Of a stretch of 64,000 nucleotides of DNA, positions 1 through 9,773 are shown piece after piece. The stretch comes from a virus (lineage: Duplodnaviria; Caudoviricetes). Position numbers and translations under genes: made by a program. Under the pieces are notes generated by a model. It was given only the letters and a program-made list of their open reading frames with translations, did no database searches and was not told the DNA's origin. Each line of letters begins with the position of its first letter. Position 1 is the first letter of the stretch. Where the stretch lies: the IMG/VR virus record IMGVR_UViG_3300042291_001013. One strand, given 5' to 3'.

Positions 1-21
1 AGTTTTCTCCTAAAAATATAT

Positions 22-540
22 TTAACGCAAGAATTCCTCGGGGTCTAAATCATAGTGTAGACTGTCAATTCGATGTACGCCCAGTTTGTACAACACATAA
101 CTGGCCACACTGCTTCCACGGCCCACACCCCAAATCAGTTGATTGTCACGCATGGTATCCACTAGATATACCAAGTAACGCAACAGGTCGAATAAATTTC
201 GTTCTTGGAACAGCAGTAGTTCTTGTCCACAGCGTTGTAATTCTGCATTGGACTGGCACATGCCCAACACATGTTCAGCAATGTCCAAGGAAAGATACTG
301 GTCGGGCATGAACCAACGACTCTGACAATCATGATCAAATTGTTCAGTGTCCATGTCCTGGGCCAGATCATTGTAGGCTATGAGCTTGGGCACATTGTCC
401 AGCATCAAAGCCGCAGTTTCCAAGTTCACACTTGCATCCACAATCATGCCGTTCAAGTTAGTGGGATCAAGTCCAGACATGATCAACTCAACAAGATCAT
501 TCTCGCTGAATACCATTTGTCCGTGTTGATCAGTTTTCAT
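22..540 (-). CDS. dnaE: DNA polymerase III alpha (DnaE)-like, N-terminal fragment of a split polymerase
   Basis: IWGVGRGSSVASYVLYKLGVHRIDSLHYDL..FLR matches the DnaE GRGS region. The start is moved to ATG 540 (MKTDQHG), which overlaps the upstream stop. The protein ends before the catalytic DxD. Confidence 0.8.
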   Translation of the reverse strand: MKTDQHGQMVFSENDLVELIMSGLDPTNLNGMIVDASVNLETAALMLDNVPKLIAYNDLAQDMDTEQFDHDCQSRWFMPDQYLSLDIAEHVLGMCQSNAELQRCGQELLLFQERNLFDLLRYLVYLVDTMRDNQLIWGVGRGSSVASYVLYKLGVHRIDSLHYDLDPEEFLR

Positions 541-1123
541 CTCGACTAAAATTTGCATAAACCACAGTGTTGGCACTTTGCACTGAATTGTCGGGCCAGT
601 CCAGGTGCATTTCGTTCCAACCAGTTGATGTAACCTTGACCACATTGTCCGGCATTGCCACGGGTTCAATTGCGTCATGCTGTGTGTTGGCTTGATGCCA
701 CCAGCCTTGGTCTGCAAAAGGCCCAGCAACATCATCTTCACTGTGTTGATACCATACACTGTCGCCCAGCACACTGGACACATCCAGCTGTGTAATAGTC
801 ATTCTACCTTCCATCACTGCGTTGAGTTTGTAGTATAGCATCATGCCCACTATTTGGTCAACAGGTTCTTCAGGCAAAGTGGTAACATTGATACCAAACA
901 AACTGAGCATTTCTGCACGTTCGCTTTTTTGATTTATAAAAACTGTGCTTTCCAGAATACCGTGTATGAAATACTTGGCACGATCCATGGCCACGTTGGT
1001 GCTGATGGGATCAGCGGTTTGTGTGATCATGCTCACGCTCACACTGTATTGATTCATTTGTAACCGATCTTCAAAATAGATTCCGGCCAAGAACTCAAAG
1101 TCGTATTGTAATTTTACATTCAT
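530..1123 (-). CDS. hypothetical phage protein (197 aa)
   Basis: Long ORF, coupled to the dnaE fragment by overlap. Confidence 0.75.
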   Translation of the reverse strand: MNVKLQYDFEFLAGIYFEDRLQMNQYSVSVSMITQTADPISTNVAMDRAKYFIHGILESTVFINQKSERAEMLSLFGINVTTLPEEPVDQIVGMMLYYKLNAVMEGRMTITQLDVSSVLGDSVWYQHSEDDVAGPFADQGWWHQANTQHDAIEPVAMPDNVVKVTSTGWNEMHLDWPDNSVQSANTVVYANFSRDEN

Positions 1124-1356
1124 TTGATTTGAATTTTGTTGTCAAAGTTGATGTCGGTGGCTTGCTTGCGATAACTCTCTTGTAGCTTTTCTTGATATTT
1201 GTTTTGGTAACTTTCCAGGGCCATGCGTACCTGATTGCAGAGATGTGCGTTTCCAGACCGTATGGCAATGGATAACTTGTTGCTAAGATCGCTGACTTTA
1301 GCACTGAGGTCATCAATGCTCAAATCATCTAAGTTATTGATTAGTGGGTGTTCCAT
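1120..1356 (-). CDS. hypothetical coiled-coil protein (78 aa)
   Basis: ORF overlaps the next start and has its own sigma70 promoter directly upstream. Confidence 0.7.
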   Translation of the reverse strand: MEHPLINNLDDLSIDDLSAKVSDLSNKLSIAIRSGNAHLCNQVRMALESYQNKYQEKLQESYRKQATDINFDNKIQIK

Positions 1357-1361
1357 GCTTT

Positions 1362-1390
1362 ATTATAACTGGAACTCAACACAGAGTCAA
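1362..1390 (-). promoter_or_regulatory. sigma70-like promoter TTGACT-N17-TATAAT, 5 nt before ATG
   Basis: Read directly on the minus strand. Confidence 0.7.
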
Positions 1391-1399
1391 CCTTTAAGG

Positions 1400-2902
1400 T
1401 TAACTCCAGTTGCCCACACTGGCCACACTGTTGGTGCCAATTGGCGTTAGTTTAAAATAACTGTTGGCCAAAATACTAGGCGAACCGCCTGGCGCAGAAG
1501 TGTACTGAATTTGCGGAGTAAATGTTGTGGCGCTGTTGGTTCTGATAACGCCACGAATCCAAAGAGTGATGTTTTCAGTTCCTGATGATGAACTGGGAGT
1601 GACTGTTAGGGCAGAAACTGCGGTTCCAAACACTGTGGTTACCGCACCAGTTGATGGTGTTGGAGCACCGGTACTGCTGGTGGCTTCAACTATGTATTGA
1701 ATACTGGTCAAGGGTTGACTCACTGCAAACAGTGTGTTCAATTGATGAGCTGTTGTTCCCAAGGTACGTGTGATCACATACATGCCTTCTATAAAATAGC
1801 TGGTGCCGGCTGGCAAGGTAACTGTGCCGTTTGTGGGCGAATTGAATACTTTTTGTGCTGCCGCTGAGTCATTGGCCACATAATTTGAAGTCAACACAAT
1901 AAAGTGCTCAGCTGGTAGTACTCCGCGTTGTTGTGCTTGTGGTGTACCATAAAGAACCACACCGTCAAATTCAATTGCACCGGCTGCCGCTGTGCTGAGG
2001 TTTGTGCCTGACGCCAGCACAATTGGTGCCTGGCTAGCTGAGCCAGCAGTGGGACGAATAAAGCTGTTGACGTTACCGCCCGTGACGTTGCCTGTGGCAC
2101 TGACCAACCCGGCTGTGACTAGGTTACCACCAACAATGTTTGCTGTTGCTGATACTTCGCCAGCTGTGGTAAGATTACCACCTGTGACGTTGCCCACTGA
2201 AATCACGTTGTTTGCAACTTGCACGGTTCTAAACCAAGCAGTTTTGGCAACAGTGTTGGCAACAATGTTACCTGTGGCAGTGACGTCGTCTAATGAAAGG
2301 TCAGCGCCAGAAAAGTTTGTGAGGCCACGGTTTAGGTCAAATACAGTGATAGTAGTACCATTGTCATAGCTGCCAAAGGCAAATTCATAATAGCCTGTGG
2401 CTGTGAATGTAATGGTGTTTGTACCTGCGTTGTAACCTTGGATACCTGCGGTGCCCAGATATGTTGTGGCGCCAGTGAACTGAACAGTATGCGCAAGGTT
2501 CTGGATGTTGAACTGCAACTTCAAGTAGCCATAGGTGCCATTTGACGCCCAGCCACTGAAACTCACGTTGATACTGCCAGATGTGGCAATGGACTGATAG
2601 TGACCGGCACCGTAAATTACACTGATTGCCCCAGATGTTCCTGTGGGCGAAAGTTTGGTAGCACTGAACCCTTGAATTCGTGTGTTGTACAACAACACAT
2701 TGCCCATGTTGTTGTCCAGACTGGTACCAGTCAAGGCTGCTTTAAAAACGCCCTTGGTTTGTAGGTCGGTAATTTCGTCTGCGGCATCCTGAAAATTCAC
2801 CTTGATGTTGGTAAAGTTATCGCGGAAACCTTGCGAATTGTTGTCTTGACCGGCTACTGGATAAGAGCCGTCAATGTTGTTTGGGTTAATTGCACTTGTC
2901 AT
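1400..2902 (-). CDS. virion structural protein (baseplate or tail associated)
   Basis: 500 aa, T/G/N-rich with GNVTGGN repeats, inside the structural block. Confidence 0.7.
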   Translation of the reverse strand: MTSAINPNNIDGSYPVAGQDNNSQGFRDNFTNIKVNFQDAADEITDLQTKGVFKAALTGTSLDNNMGNVLLYNTRIQGFSATKLSPTGTSGAISVIYGAGHYQSIATSGSINVSFSGWASNGTYGYLKLQFNIQNLAHTVQFTGATTYLGTAGIQGYNAGTNTITFTATGYYEFAFGSYDNGTTITVFDLNRGLTNFSGADLSLDDVTATGNIVANTVAKTAWFRTVQVANNVISVGNVTGGNLTTAGEVSATANIVGGNLVTAGLVSATGNVTGGNVNSFIRPTAGSASQAPIVLASGTNLSTAAAGAIEFDGVVLYGTPQAQQRGVLPAEHFIVLTSNYVANDSAAAQKVFNSPTNGTVTLPAGTSYFIEGMYVITRTLGTTAHQLNTLFAVSQPLTSIQYIVEATSSTGAPTPSTGAVTTVFGTAVSALTVTPSSSSGTENITLWIRGVIRTNSATTFTPQIQYTSAPGGSPSILANSYFKLTPIGTNSVASVGNWS

Positions 2903-2914
2903 TGTTTGTCCTAG

Positions 2915-5900
2915 TTACACCAAAATATCAGCTTTGGGAAATACCAGATATTTATCATTGCGATCGGTGGGATCGTACATATCCACAGGTATTTCAAACG
3001 CCATACTGCCTTCGTCAAATGTGGTTTCTGTACTGGTAATAGTGATCAACGGTACCCAGCTGATTTTACTGAGTCCTGCGGCAGGACTGCTGGGGTAATA
3101 GACCTGAGCACTGCGATAGAAGCTACCACGGGTAACTTGCACGTAGTCAAATTCTGCAGTTTGATCAATCAAGTTCAGGGTCACTTGCGTGGTCAAGGGA
3201 TCAACTGAAATTTCGTAAATTGCCATGCGCTCATTTGCAGGCACAGCAAGCATAGTGCCAGCGGCAGTGGTCAGTGCCAGTACTGATCCTCCCTCAGTGG
3301 CAGTTATCTTGAATTGCGTGCCGCTTACAATATCATACACATAGTAGGTTTGGTTGATCACAATACCGCCAATTACCCCACTGGTAAACACTATTTGTTG
3401 ACCCACACGTATTCCGTTGGTTGAGGCACAAGTAATGATATTGGTGATAGTGGTGGTAGCAGTACAGGTAAAATCAGTTCCGTCGGGCACAGTTTCAGCT
3501 TCATCAAATGATTCACCATCTTGGCTGTACCCCACTGAATCATAAGGATAGATATAGTCTTGCCAGGCGTCGTCATCAGTGGAGTATTGGCTACCCGGCG
3601 GCCCGTCGTAATTTTCTTGTTTGACAAATATCAGCATGTTTCCATTGATATTGCTAATTTCTCCGTCTAGGCCGCCGAGGTCATTGATGTACTGCAAGGT
3701 GCGCTGGTTAACATCAGCATAGGCCAAGTCAGTGGCAATATCCACGGTGCCCAAAAAGTTATATCCAGCAGTGTTGAATCGGTCAAATGTGGTAAGACTG
3801 GGTGTTGGGGTCCAACCTTGAGTTTCAGTATCCCAGTTGCGACTCAAGGTGCGGTCAAGGATGTATCGATCTACTTTGAAGTCTACTCGATTCAGTTGCT
3901 CACCAAATTGACTTTGAATATAGTAAGAAATCTGTCTACTGCGTTCAGGGTAGGTATAACATATTACCCAGGCTGGAGTAAAGCCCAGCACACGGCCATC
4001 GGTCTGTTTGCTGGTCATCCATAGTGGCAATTTGGTTGATATCTGCCCCACAACGTCAATCACTTGATTGCGCATGTCAAACAAGCTGTTGGGATACACT
4101 TGCGTGAGCACAGTACTACCATCAGCAGGGTCAATAATAGGGTAGGCCAAATTTAAAATTTGACTTACACTTTCGCCTTGATTGTTTGTGAGATTGTCAA
4201 TGATCTTGCTGTACACAACTTCATATACAACTTCGCCTGTGATAGGATCCAGGGCCTGAGCTGTTTCAATTTGCCCCAGTACCAAATTTTTCCAGTAGTG
4301 GTTCTTGAACAGACTTTCAGTATATCTATCCAAGGTATCCGGTGCAAGTCCATAGGCATGATTATAATTTACTCGCGTGGCTTTGCCAAAGAACGGATCG
4401 TCAGGCCTAAAAATATATTCAGGCACAAAAATAGTGTCGTTGGTCAAGAGTTCCTGGATCAACACACGGTCATTATTGGGCGGCATGGCTTGAATAATGA
4501 GATTTTGATAGGGCTCGTTGTAAGCACGTTTGACCTTGAGAACAAAAGTTTTGTTCACGCTCACAACGTCACGCACACCAGTGGCTTTCATCACAGGCAC
4601 AAGATTTGCGCCTGATCCGCCAAATGCTTCCACAATGGTTATGATAGCTGGACCATTGTATCCTGAACCTTTGTTGCTGACTTCAACTGTTGTTATGGGA
4701 CCAGTTGTGCTGGGGAAAACGTTGCCAATAAACACATTGCCCACCTGAGCCTGTACTGCCGCGGCGCCAATGGGAGTGCTAAATTCAATAACTGGCAAGT
4801 TGATAGTGCTGTAACCTGAGCCGCCGTTGACCACAGTAACACTGTCAACTTCGTAAACAATTTGCTCAAGATCTTCAGCATAGGCATTGACTGTAAATCT
4901 AAAGGTCAAGTCCCAGGTAGTGGTGTCCTGGTCAAAGGTGGTGTAGCCCAAGTCCACAGCAAAGGTGTTGAATGTTACTCGCCCAGATATTTCTCCTGAC
5001 GGTAACAATTCTAGTCCCTGCGGTAATTCATTAAATGCCCCGGACTTCAACCGATAAAACAGTTCTCTGCCGCCACGATTGATAGCTTCAACTTTGAGCA
5101 AGCTGGTATCGCCGTTGTCAATAATACCAAGGTCAGCAGGAGTGGTCCAGTTTACTTCAGCATCAACTGCACCACTGATGGTAATCAAGAATGGATAAGG
5201 ATCGCTGGCCACCACGAGATTGGCAGTCATAGTACCAGCACCATTGCTGACTGTGGCAGGAGTGGCGCTGCCTAGTAGAGTTGTAACTGTAAAGGTGGTG
5301 TTGTTTACCACACTGAACACATAGTATACCAAGGTGGGCGATGCTGTAATACCACCAAATGCAGTTCCAGTAAACACAATGGGTTGCCCCACACCAATCT
5401 GCGCTGTGCTGTTACAGGTAATATAATTAGTGCCAAATGTAGTAGCAGTACAGGTAATAGGATTGCCTACAAACTCACTTTGATACACAGTGACGTTGAA
5501 ACTGTATTCAACTTCGGTAACACCTTGGTCAGGCACATAACCATAGTAGTATCCACTCACAGGATCTAACTCCAGGCCCGGTGGCAATCCAGCACCTTCG
5601 TTCACAGCAATAGCATACTTAATGTCAGCAGTGTCGTAGTCATTGCCAATGAATTGGTATGCATAGTAGTTGTCACCACGCACAATACCAAGATTGCTGG
5701 GGCTGGCGTTGGTCAAGAAAGGTTTGCGTTCGTTGGTTTGATCTGCTGTGACTGTGGTTGTGTCAACTGTGATAGTTGTGACGTCGGCTGTCATGGTGGC
5801 TCGATCGTACACATAGAAGTAGAATGTTCTTAGGTTACTGGACTTGCCGTCAGTGACTTCCAGGGTAAATTGATAGTTTTTGCTCTGCGCACTAACAATA

Positions 5901-6742
5901 AAGTCATAAGGCAACAGATCTTGAGAAGTGTTATCATAGCCGGCTGTTTCATCTACGTTGACCGCAGGTTGAATGTATCCAGAAATCAGCCCATCAGCAC
6001 TTAGCGTAATGCCGCCTGGAAGCTCACCAGCGGCCAAGCGCACAAACGCAGTTTCGCCTGGATCATCACTGGTAAAATCAATCTGTATGTCTAGCTCATC
6101 GCCATCAAAGTAAGTGCCCAAGCTACCAGCTGGCGTGACAAATTCAGGTACGTCATTGCCGGTAATGGTCAGGGTAAATGTGCGGTCCTTGATGGCTTCA
6201 ACTATGAGTTGATTGTTTACACGATTATAGGTGTAGGCTCTAATGGTAAATTTGTCAGTAACGTCCTGGGCCACTTGATTGGGGATACCTTGTAAACTGG
6301 CTGTTGCCATGGGAATACCCACAATGGTGCCACTGTCACTAATCTGTATGCCTGTGGGCAAGGATCCAGCTTGTAAGTTGTAGTACACATGCTGTGTCAA
6401 TATGGCTTTCATGTAGCCAGTGCCAGTGGTCAGTGCAATGGGTGTGGTGGAAAATTCTGTGGTGCAGATTTGAAATTCAGTACTGCTGATAACTCTAAAA
6501 ATAAAATAAAGAGTGTATGTGTTTGCCCCACCAAACCCAGTGCCGTCAAATGTTACGTTTAGGCCAGCATACATTCCTTCGGTACTGGTGCAAGTAAAGG
6601 TGTCTGTTGTGGCCGAAGATGTGGAAACAATGGGCTGATTGGTCAAAGGCACTGTTGATGCCAAGAGATTATACTGGAAGAATATGCCTTCGGGTACAAC
6701 TCCCAGGCTTCCTGCCGGTGTAATCCAATTTGGTGTTGACAT
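2915..6742 (-). CDS. baseplate wedge-like large structural protein with Ig-like repeats
   Basis: 1275 aa, repeated (W/F)xTPAGSLG and LPxGLxL Ig-like modules, C-terminal DKYLVFP, TAAATA late motif upstream. Confidence 0.75.
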   Translation of the reverse strand: MSTPNWITPAGSLGVVPEGIFFQYNLLASTVPLTNQPIVSTSSATTDTFTCTSTEGMYAGLNVTFDGTGFGGANTYTLYFIFRVISSTEFQICTTEFSTTPIALTTGTGYMKAILTQHVYYNLQAGSLPTGIQISDSGTIVGIPMATASLQGIPNQVAQDVTDKFTIRAYTYNRVNNQLIVEAIKDRTFTLTITGNDVPEFVTPAGSLGTYFDGDELDIQIDFTSDDPGETAFVRLAAGELPGGITLSADGLISGYIQPAVNVDETAGYDNTSQDLLPYDFIVSAQSKNYQFTLEVTDGKSSNLRTFYFYVYDRATMTADVTTITVDTTTVTADQTNERKPFLTNASPSNLGIVRGDNYYAYQFIGNDYDTADIKYAIAVNEGAGLPPGLELDPVSGYYYGYVPDQGVTEVEYSFNVTVYQSEFVGNPITCTATTFGTNYITCNSTAQIGVGQPIVFTGTAFGGITASPTLVYYVFSVVNNTTFTVTTLLGSATPATVSNGAGTMTANLVVASDPYPFLITISGAVDAEVNWTTPADLGIIDNGDTSLLKVEAINRGGRELFYRLKSGAFNELPQGLELLPSGEISGRVTFNTFAVDLGYTTFDQDTTTWDLTFRFTVNAYAEDLEQIVYEVDSVTVVNGGSGYSTINLPVIEFSTPIGAAAVQAQVGNVFIGNVFPSTTGPITTVEVSNKGSGYNGPAIITIVEAFGGSGANLVPVMKATGVRDVVSVNKTFVLKVKRAYNEPYQNLIIQAMPPNNDRVLIQELLTNDTIFVPEYIFRPDDPFFGKATRVNYNHAYGLAPDTLDRYTESLFKNHYWKNLVLGQIETAQALDPITGEVVYEVVYSKIIDNLTNNQGESVSQILNLAYPIIDPADGSTVLTQVYPNSLFDMRNQVIDVVGQISTKLPLWMTSKQTDGRVLGFTPAWVICYTYPERSRQISYYIQSQFGEQLNRVDFKVDRYILDRTLSRNWDTETQGWTPTPSLTTFDRFNTAGYNFLGTVDIATDLAYADVNQRTLQYINDLGGLDGEISNINGNMLIFVKQENYDGPPGSQYSTDDDAWQDYIYPYDSVGYSQDGESFDEAETVPDGTDFTCTATTTITNIITCASTNGIRVGQQIVFTSGVIGGIVINQTYYVYDIVSGTQFKITATEGGSVLALTTAAGTMLAVPANERMAIYEISVDPLTTQVTLNLIDQTAEFDYVQVTRGSFYRSAQVYYPSSPAAGLSKISWVPLITITSTETTFDEGSMAFEIPVDMYDPTDRNDKYLVFPKADILV

Positions 6743-6775
6743 GTGTTAAGACCTTGTTGTTATATTTATTGGTGG

Positions 6776-7336
6776 TTAGAAACCATTGGTCAAGCTGTTG
6801 TAGAATATACGACCAGATATTGAACTGGTTCCACCAATAGTAAACGCAAAATTGCTTTGAGCAAAAAAATCGTAGGTGCCAAAAAAGTAGTACTCATACT
6901 CTTGGGGCAAATAGGTTGACCACTGTATTCTAATAGGCACATAGCTGTTGGCCGTGGCAGTGAAGTTAGCACCAGTGGTACCATTTTGAATTAGTGCTGT
7001 GTAGTTGCTGCCGTTGTAACCTGACTTGGCAGTGTTACCGGTCCAGATATAACAGGTGCTGTTGCCACCACCACCCCAATTGTATGCAGTAGCGCCACCT
7101 CCATTAAAAGTATAATATTCTGCATAGGTGCACACAGCACCCAATTGGATTGCAGACGAACTTGCTGGTCTGTAATATCCAATCCATTGATAAGTTACTG
7201 AATATGCTCCACCTTCAGATGACTGTGTGCCAATGTCAATAGGTGATAGTTCTAGGCCATATGTGGTATTAACAAGACCATTGGCATAGATAATGTTTTG
7301 GCCTGTGCCAGCCACGGCTGCCATGATACCACTCAT
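6776..7336 (-). CDS. tail-fibre-associated protein
   Basis: 186 aa, aromatic and Gly-rich beta protein directly downstream of the fibre gene. Confidence 0.6.
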   Translation of the reverse strand: MSGIMAAVAGTGQNIIYANGLVNTTYGLELSPIDIGTQSSEGGAYSVTYQWIGYYRPASSSAIQLGAVCTYAEYYTFNGGGATAYNWGGGGNSTCYIWTGNTAKSGYNGSNYTALIQNGTTGANFTATANSYVPIRIQWSTYLPQEYEYYFFGTYDFFAQSNFAFTIGGTSSISGRIFYNSLTNGF

Positions 7337-9685
7337 TTAGGTGATTCCTGTTCCTGAAATATACCAAGTATCTGAAGCCACCTTGATCAAGGATGCCTGT
7401 CCATACTGTGCTAGTGTACGTGCTCCAGTGGTGCCTGTGCCGGCCAGTAATAAACTAACACCACCTGCTGGGCTAATTGTAGTTGATGCACTGGCTATAA
7501 CAAGTATAGCAGTACCAATAGTAAAGGCCACTGATGCATTGGTTGGAATTGTGATTGTGCCTGAGCCATAATAGTGTTTGCCGCCATCCTGTCCTGTTAG
7601 TGTACCAAATGCAGTGATCTGCGGTAGGTCTCTATAGCCAATTGTGTAGTTTGCACTGGTGACAGTGGCAGTGTTGCCAGTCACACTCAAACTGGCAGTT
7701 GACGTCAGTGCCGCAGATATAACGTTGCCGCCGTTGACGTTGCCGCTAACACTCAAACTGGTACCACTAACACGAGCTGATGCAACAACGTTGCCACCTG
7801 TAACGTTGCCTGTGGCTGATACTAAACCTGCGGTGTTGACATTACCACCAGTGACATTGCCGCTTACTGTGGCAAATCCGCCTGTGATAACGTTACCACC
7901 AGTAACGTTGCCAGTGGCACTGACTGTTGTGGTAGAAGTAATTGCACCTTGTGCTTCAACCCCACCCAGTACCATGCTTCCATATGCGGCCACACCTGTA
8001 ACAACTTCGTTAAGGATTGTGACTGACGTTGCCGCAAGCAGTTTGCCAGCTGAGTTGTCATAGCCAATAAAGGCTATTTTTTCTGATGTGTCGTACCAGT
8101 ACAGTGCTTCGCCGCGGTCCTTGCCGTCGTTGCTTAACAGCGGATCATTGTTGGGTCCACGACCAATGTTGATAATGGGATCTTGTATTGCCAGAGTAGT
8201 AACGTTGTTGTATTCTGTAGTACCGCCCACAATCAAGTTACCAGTAATAGTAGTGGTGCCGCCTACGCTGAGTGTGCCTGCTGTAGCAATGTTGCCACCT
8301 GTTATAGTTCCGTTGGCTGTGAGTGCGGCAGTGGATTTGTTAAAGGTCAATGCACTATTTGCGTTGGCTATGTTGTTATCGTTAAAGATAATCTGCGTGT
8401 TGGCACCTGGAGAAGCAATATTACCACTGATGTTACCAACCACATTGCCTATAAAGTATGGCGCCACCACGTTGCCAGCAGCCTGCACTTCGCCACCGGT
8501 GTTGATGTTACCGCCAGTGACGTTGCCAGCTACTGATAGCGATACCAGCGCACCAACTTGTGTAATGTTGGTTTGACTGGCAGTGGTCAGAGTACCCACA
8601 ATGTTGCCACCAATCAGCGTTCCTGCGGCGCTGACGTTGCCGGCTGTGACAAGATTTGCACCCACAACGTTACCTGATGAAGAAATCAATGCCCCAGTTA
8701 CTCGCTGTGTAGCATTTACGTTGTTACCAGCAATGTTACCACCAGTTAAGTTTGCAGTGATATTACCGCTGGAAATCAAACTGCCAGTAAACACCGCGCC
8801 CACGCCTTCAACGTTGCCAATACTCACAATGTTGGCACCTGTAATATTACCAGTGGCATTGACCGTTGTGCCCAGTGTTATGGCGTTGGCATCAATACTA
8901 CCAGTGCCGCCCAGAGCATTGCTCACAATCAAGCTGTTTAGGTTGCCCACACTCTGCAAGGTACTTGTGGTTACGTTGGCACTGAGCACGTTGTAAGTTA
9001 GCGAGGCCGCATTTGAACTAACTGTAAAACCTGTTAAACCCGCACCGTTGCCCACAAAAAAGTTGGCGGTCATTGTACCACCTGCTGTGATTGCACCTGC
9101 GGCACTGACCTGTCCAGCAGTGGTCAAGTTACCACCTGCTACGTTACCAGTTGCAGCCACGCCACCACCTGTTACAAAGTTCTGTGCCAGAGCGTTACCT
9201 GATGCACTAACAATTCCTGCTGTGGTAAGGTTACCACCACTGGCGTTGCCAGTCACTGCCAGCGAAGTCAGTGTGCCCACAGTTTGCAAGCTGGAGTTTA
9301 CAACGTTGGAGCTCAGTGTTGCACCAGTAATAAGTGCAGCCGGAGCACTGGAAATAACCCCAGTTAATTGACTTCCGTTGCCAAAATAGAATCCACCTGC
9401 TGTGATGTTGCCTGTAGCTGAAATTGTGGTGTTTGCCAGGAATGTGCCTTGTAGCGTGGCGCCTGTTCCTGAAACCACCAGCACGTTGGCCACGTTTGCG
9501 GAACTAACGCTGACTGTGGCGTCTTCAATAATGTTGATGTTTGAAGAACCGTTAGAAATACCTGACACACCACCGATGTTAAACAGTTCAGTGAAGTTAG
9601 AGTTGGTCTTGGTAAACGCCGTACGAATTGGGTCACCTTGCCCGTCGTTTGCTACGTTTCCTATGTCAATTAGTTGTTGTGCCAT
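7337..9685 (-). CDS. tail fibre or baseplate-attached fibre protein
   Basis: N-terminal IDIGNVANDGQGDPIRTAFTKTNSNF resembles the T4 gp9/gp10-type attachment motif. Many GNVTGGN repeats. Confidence 0.8.
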   Translation of the reverse strand: MAQQLIDIGNVANDGQGDPIRTAFTKTNSNFTELFNIGGVSGISNGSSNINIIEDATVSVSSANVANVLVVSGTGATLQGTFLANTTISATGNITAGGFYFGNGSQLTGVISSAPAALITGATLSSNVVNSSLQTVGTLTSLAVTGNASGGNLTTAGIVSASGNALAQNFVTGGGVAATGNVAGGNLTTAGQVSAAGAITAGGTMTANFFVGNGAGLTGFTVSSNAASLTYNVLSANVTTSTLQSVGNLNSLIVSNALGGTGSIDANAITLGTTVNATGNITGANIVSIGNVEGVGAVFTGSLISSGNITANLTGGNIAGNNVNATQRVTGALISSSGNVVGANLVTAGNVSAAGTLIGGNIVGTLTTASQTNITQVGALVSLSVAGNVTGGNINTGGEVQAAGNVVAPYFIGNVVGNISGNIASPGANTQIIFNDNNIANANSALTFNKSTAALTANGTITGGNIATAGTLSVGGTTTITGNLIVGGTTEYNNVTTLAIQDPIINIGRGPNNDPLLSNDGKDRGEALYWYDTSEKIAFIGYDNSAGKLLAATSVTILNEVVTGVAAYGSMVLGGVEAQGAITSTTTVSATGNVTGGNVITGGFATVSGNVTGGNVNTAGLVSATGNVTGGNVVASARVSGTSLSVSGNVNGGNVISAALTSTASLSVTGNTATVTSANYTIGYRDLPQITAFGTLTGQDGGKHYYGSGTITIPTNASVAFTIGTAILVIASASTTISPAGGVSLLLAGTGTTGARTLAQYGQASLIKVASDTWYISGTGIT

Positions 9686-9773
9686 GTTTAGAGTCCTGTG
9701 TTGTATTTACCAGAACCCTAGACTGCGTCAACATAGCTTGATCATGGCTAAATACAAACAATCGGAGCGATCA
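9686..9773. promoter_or_regulatory. back-to-back TAAATA late-promoter motifs between divergent tail genes
   Basis: TAAATA on the minus strand near 9705-9710 and on the plus strand near 9749-9754, each followed by an SD-like motif and ATG. Confidence 0.55.

Noticed and set aside
541-783. N-terminal extension of the 253-aa ORF 22..783
   Set aside because: It overlaps the 530..1123 gene on the same strand. The real start is the coupled ATG at 540.
7341-9371. Several plus-strand ORFs (LPPVTLP repeats)
   Set aside because: They are antisense shadows of the GNVTGGN repeats of the minus-strand fibre gene.
9402-9773. Upstream extension of the 680-aa ORF
   Set aside because: It overlaps the divergent fibre gene. 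SD and TAAATA point to ATG 9774.
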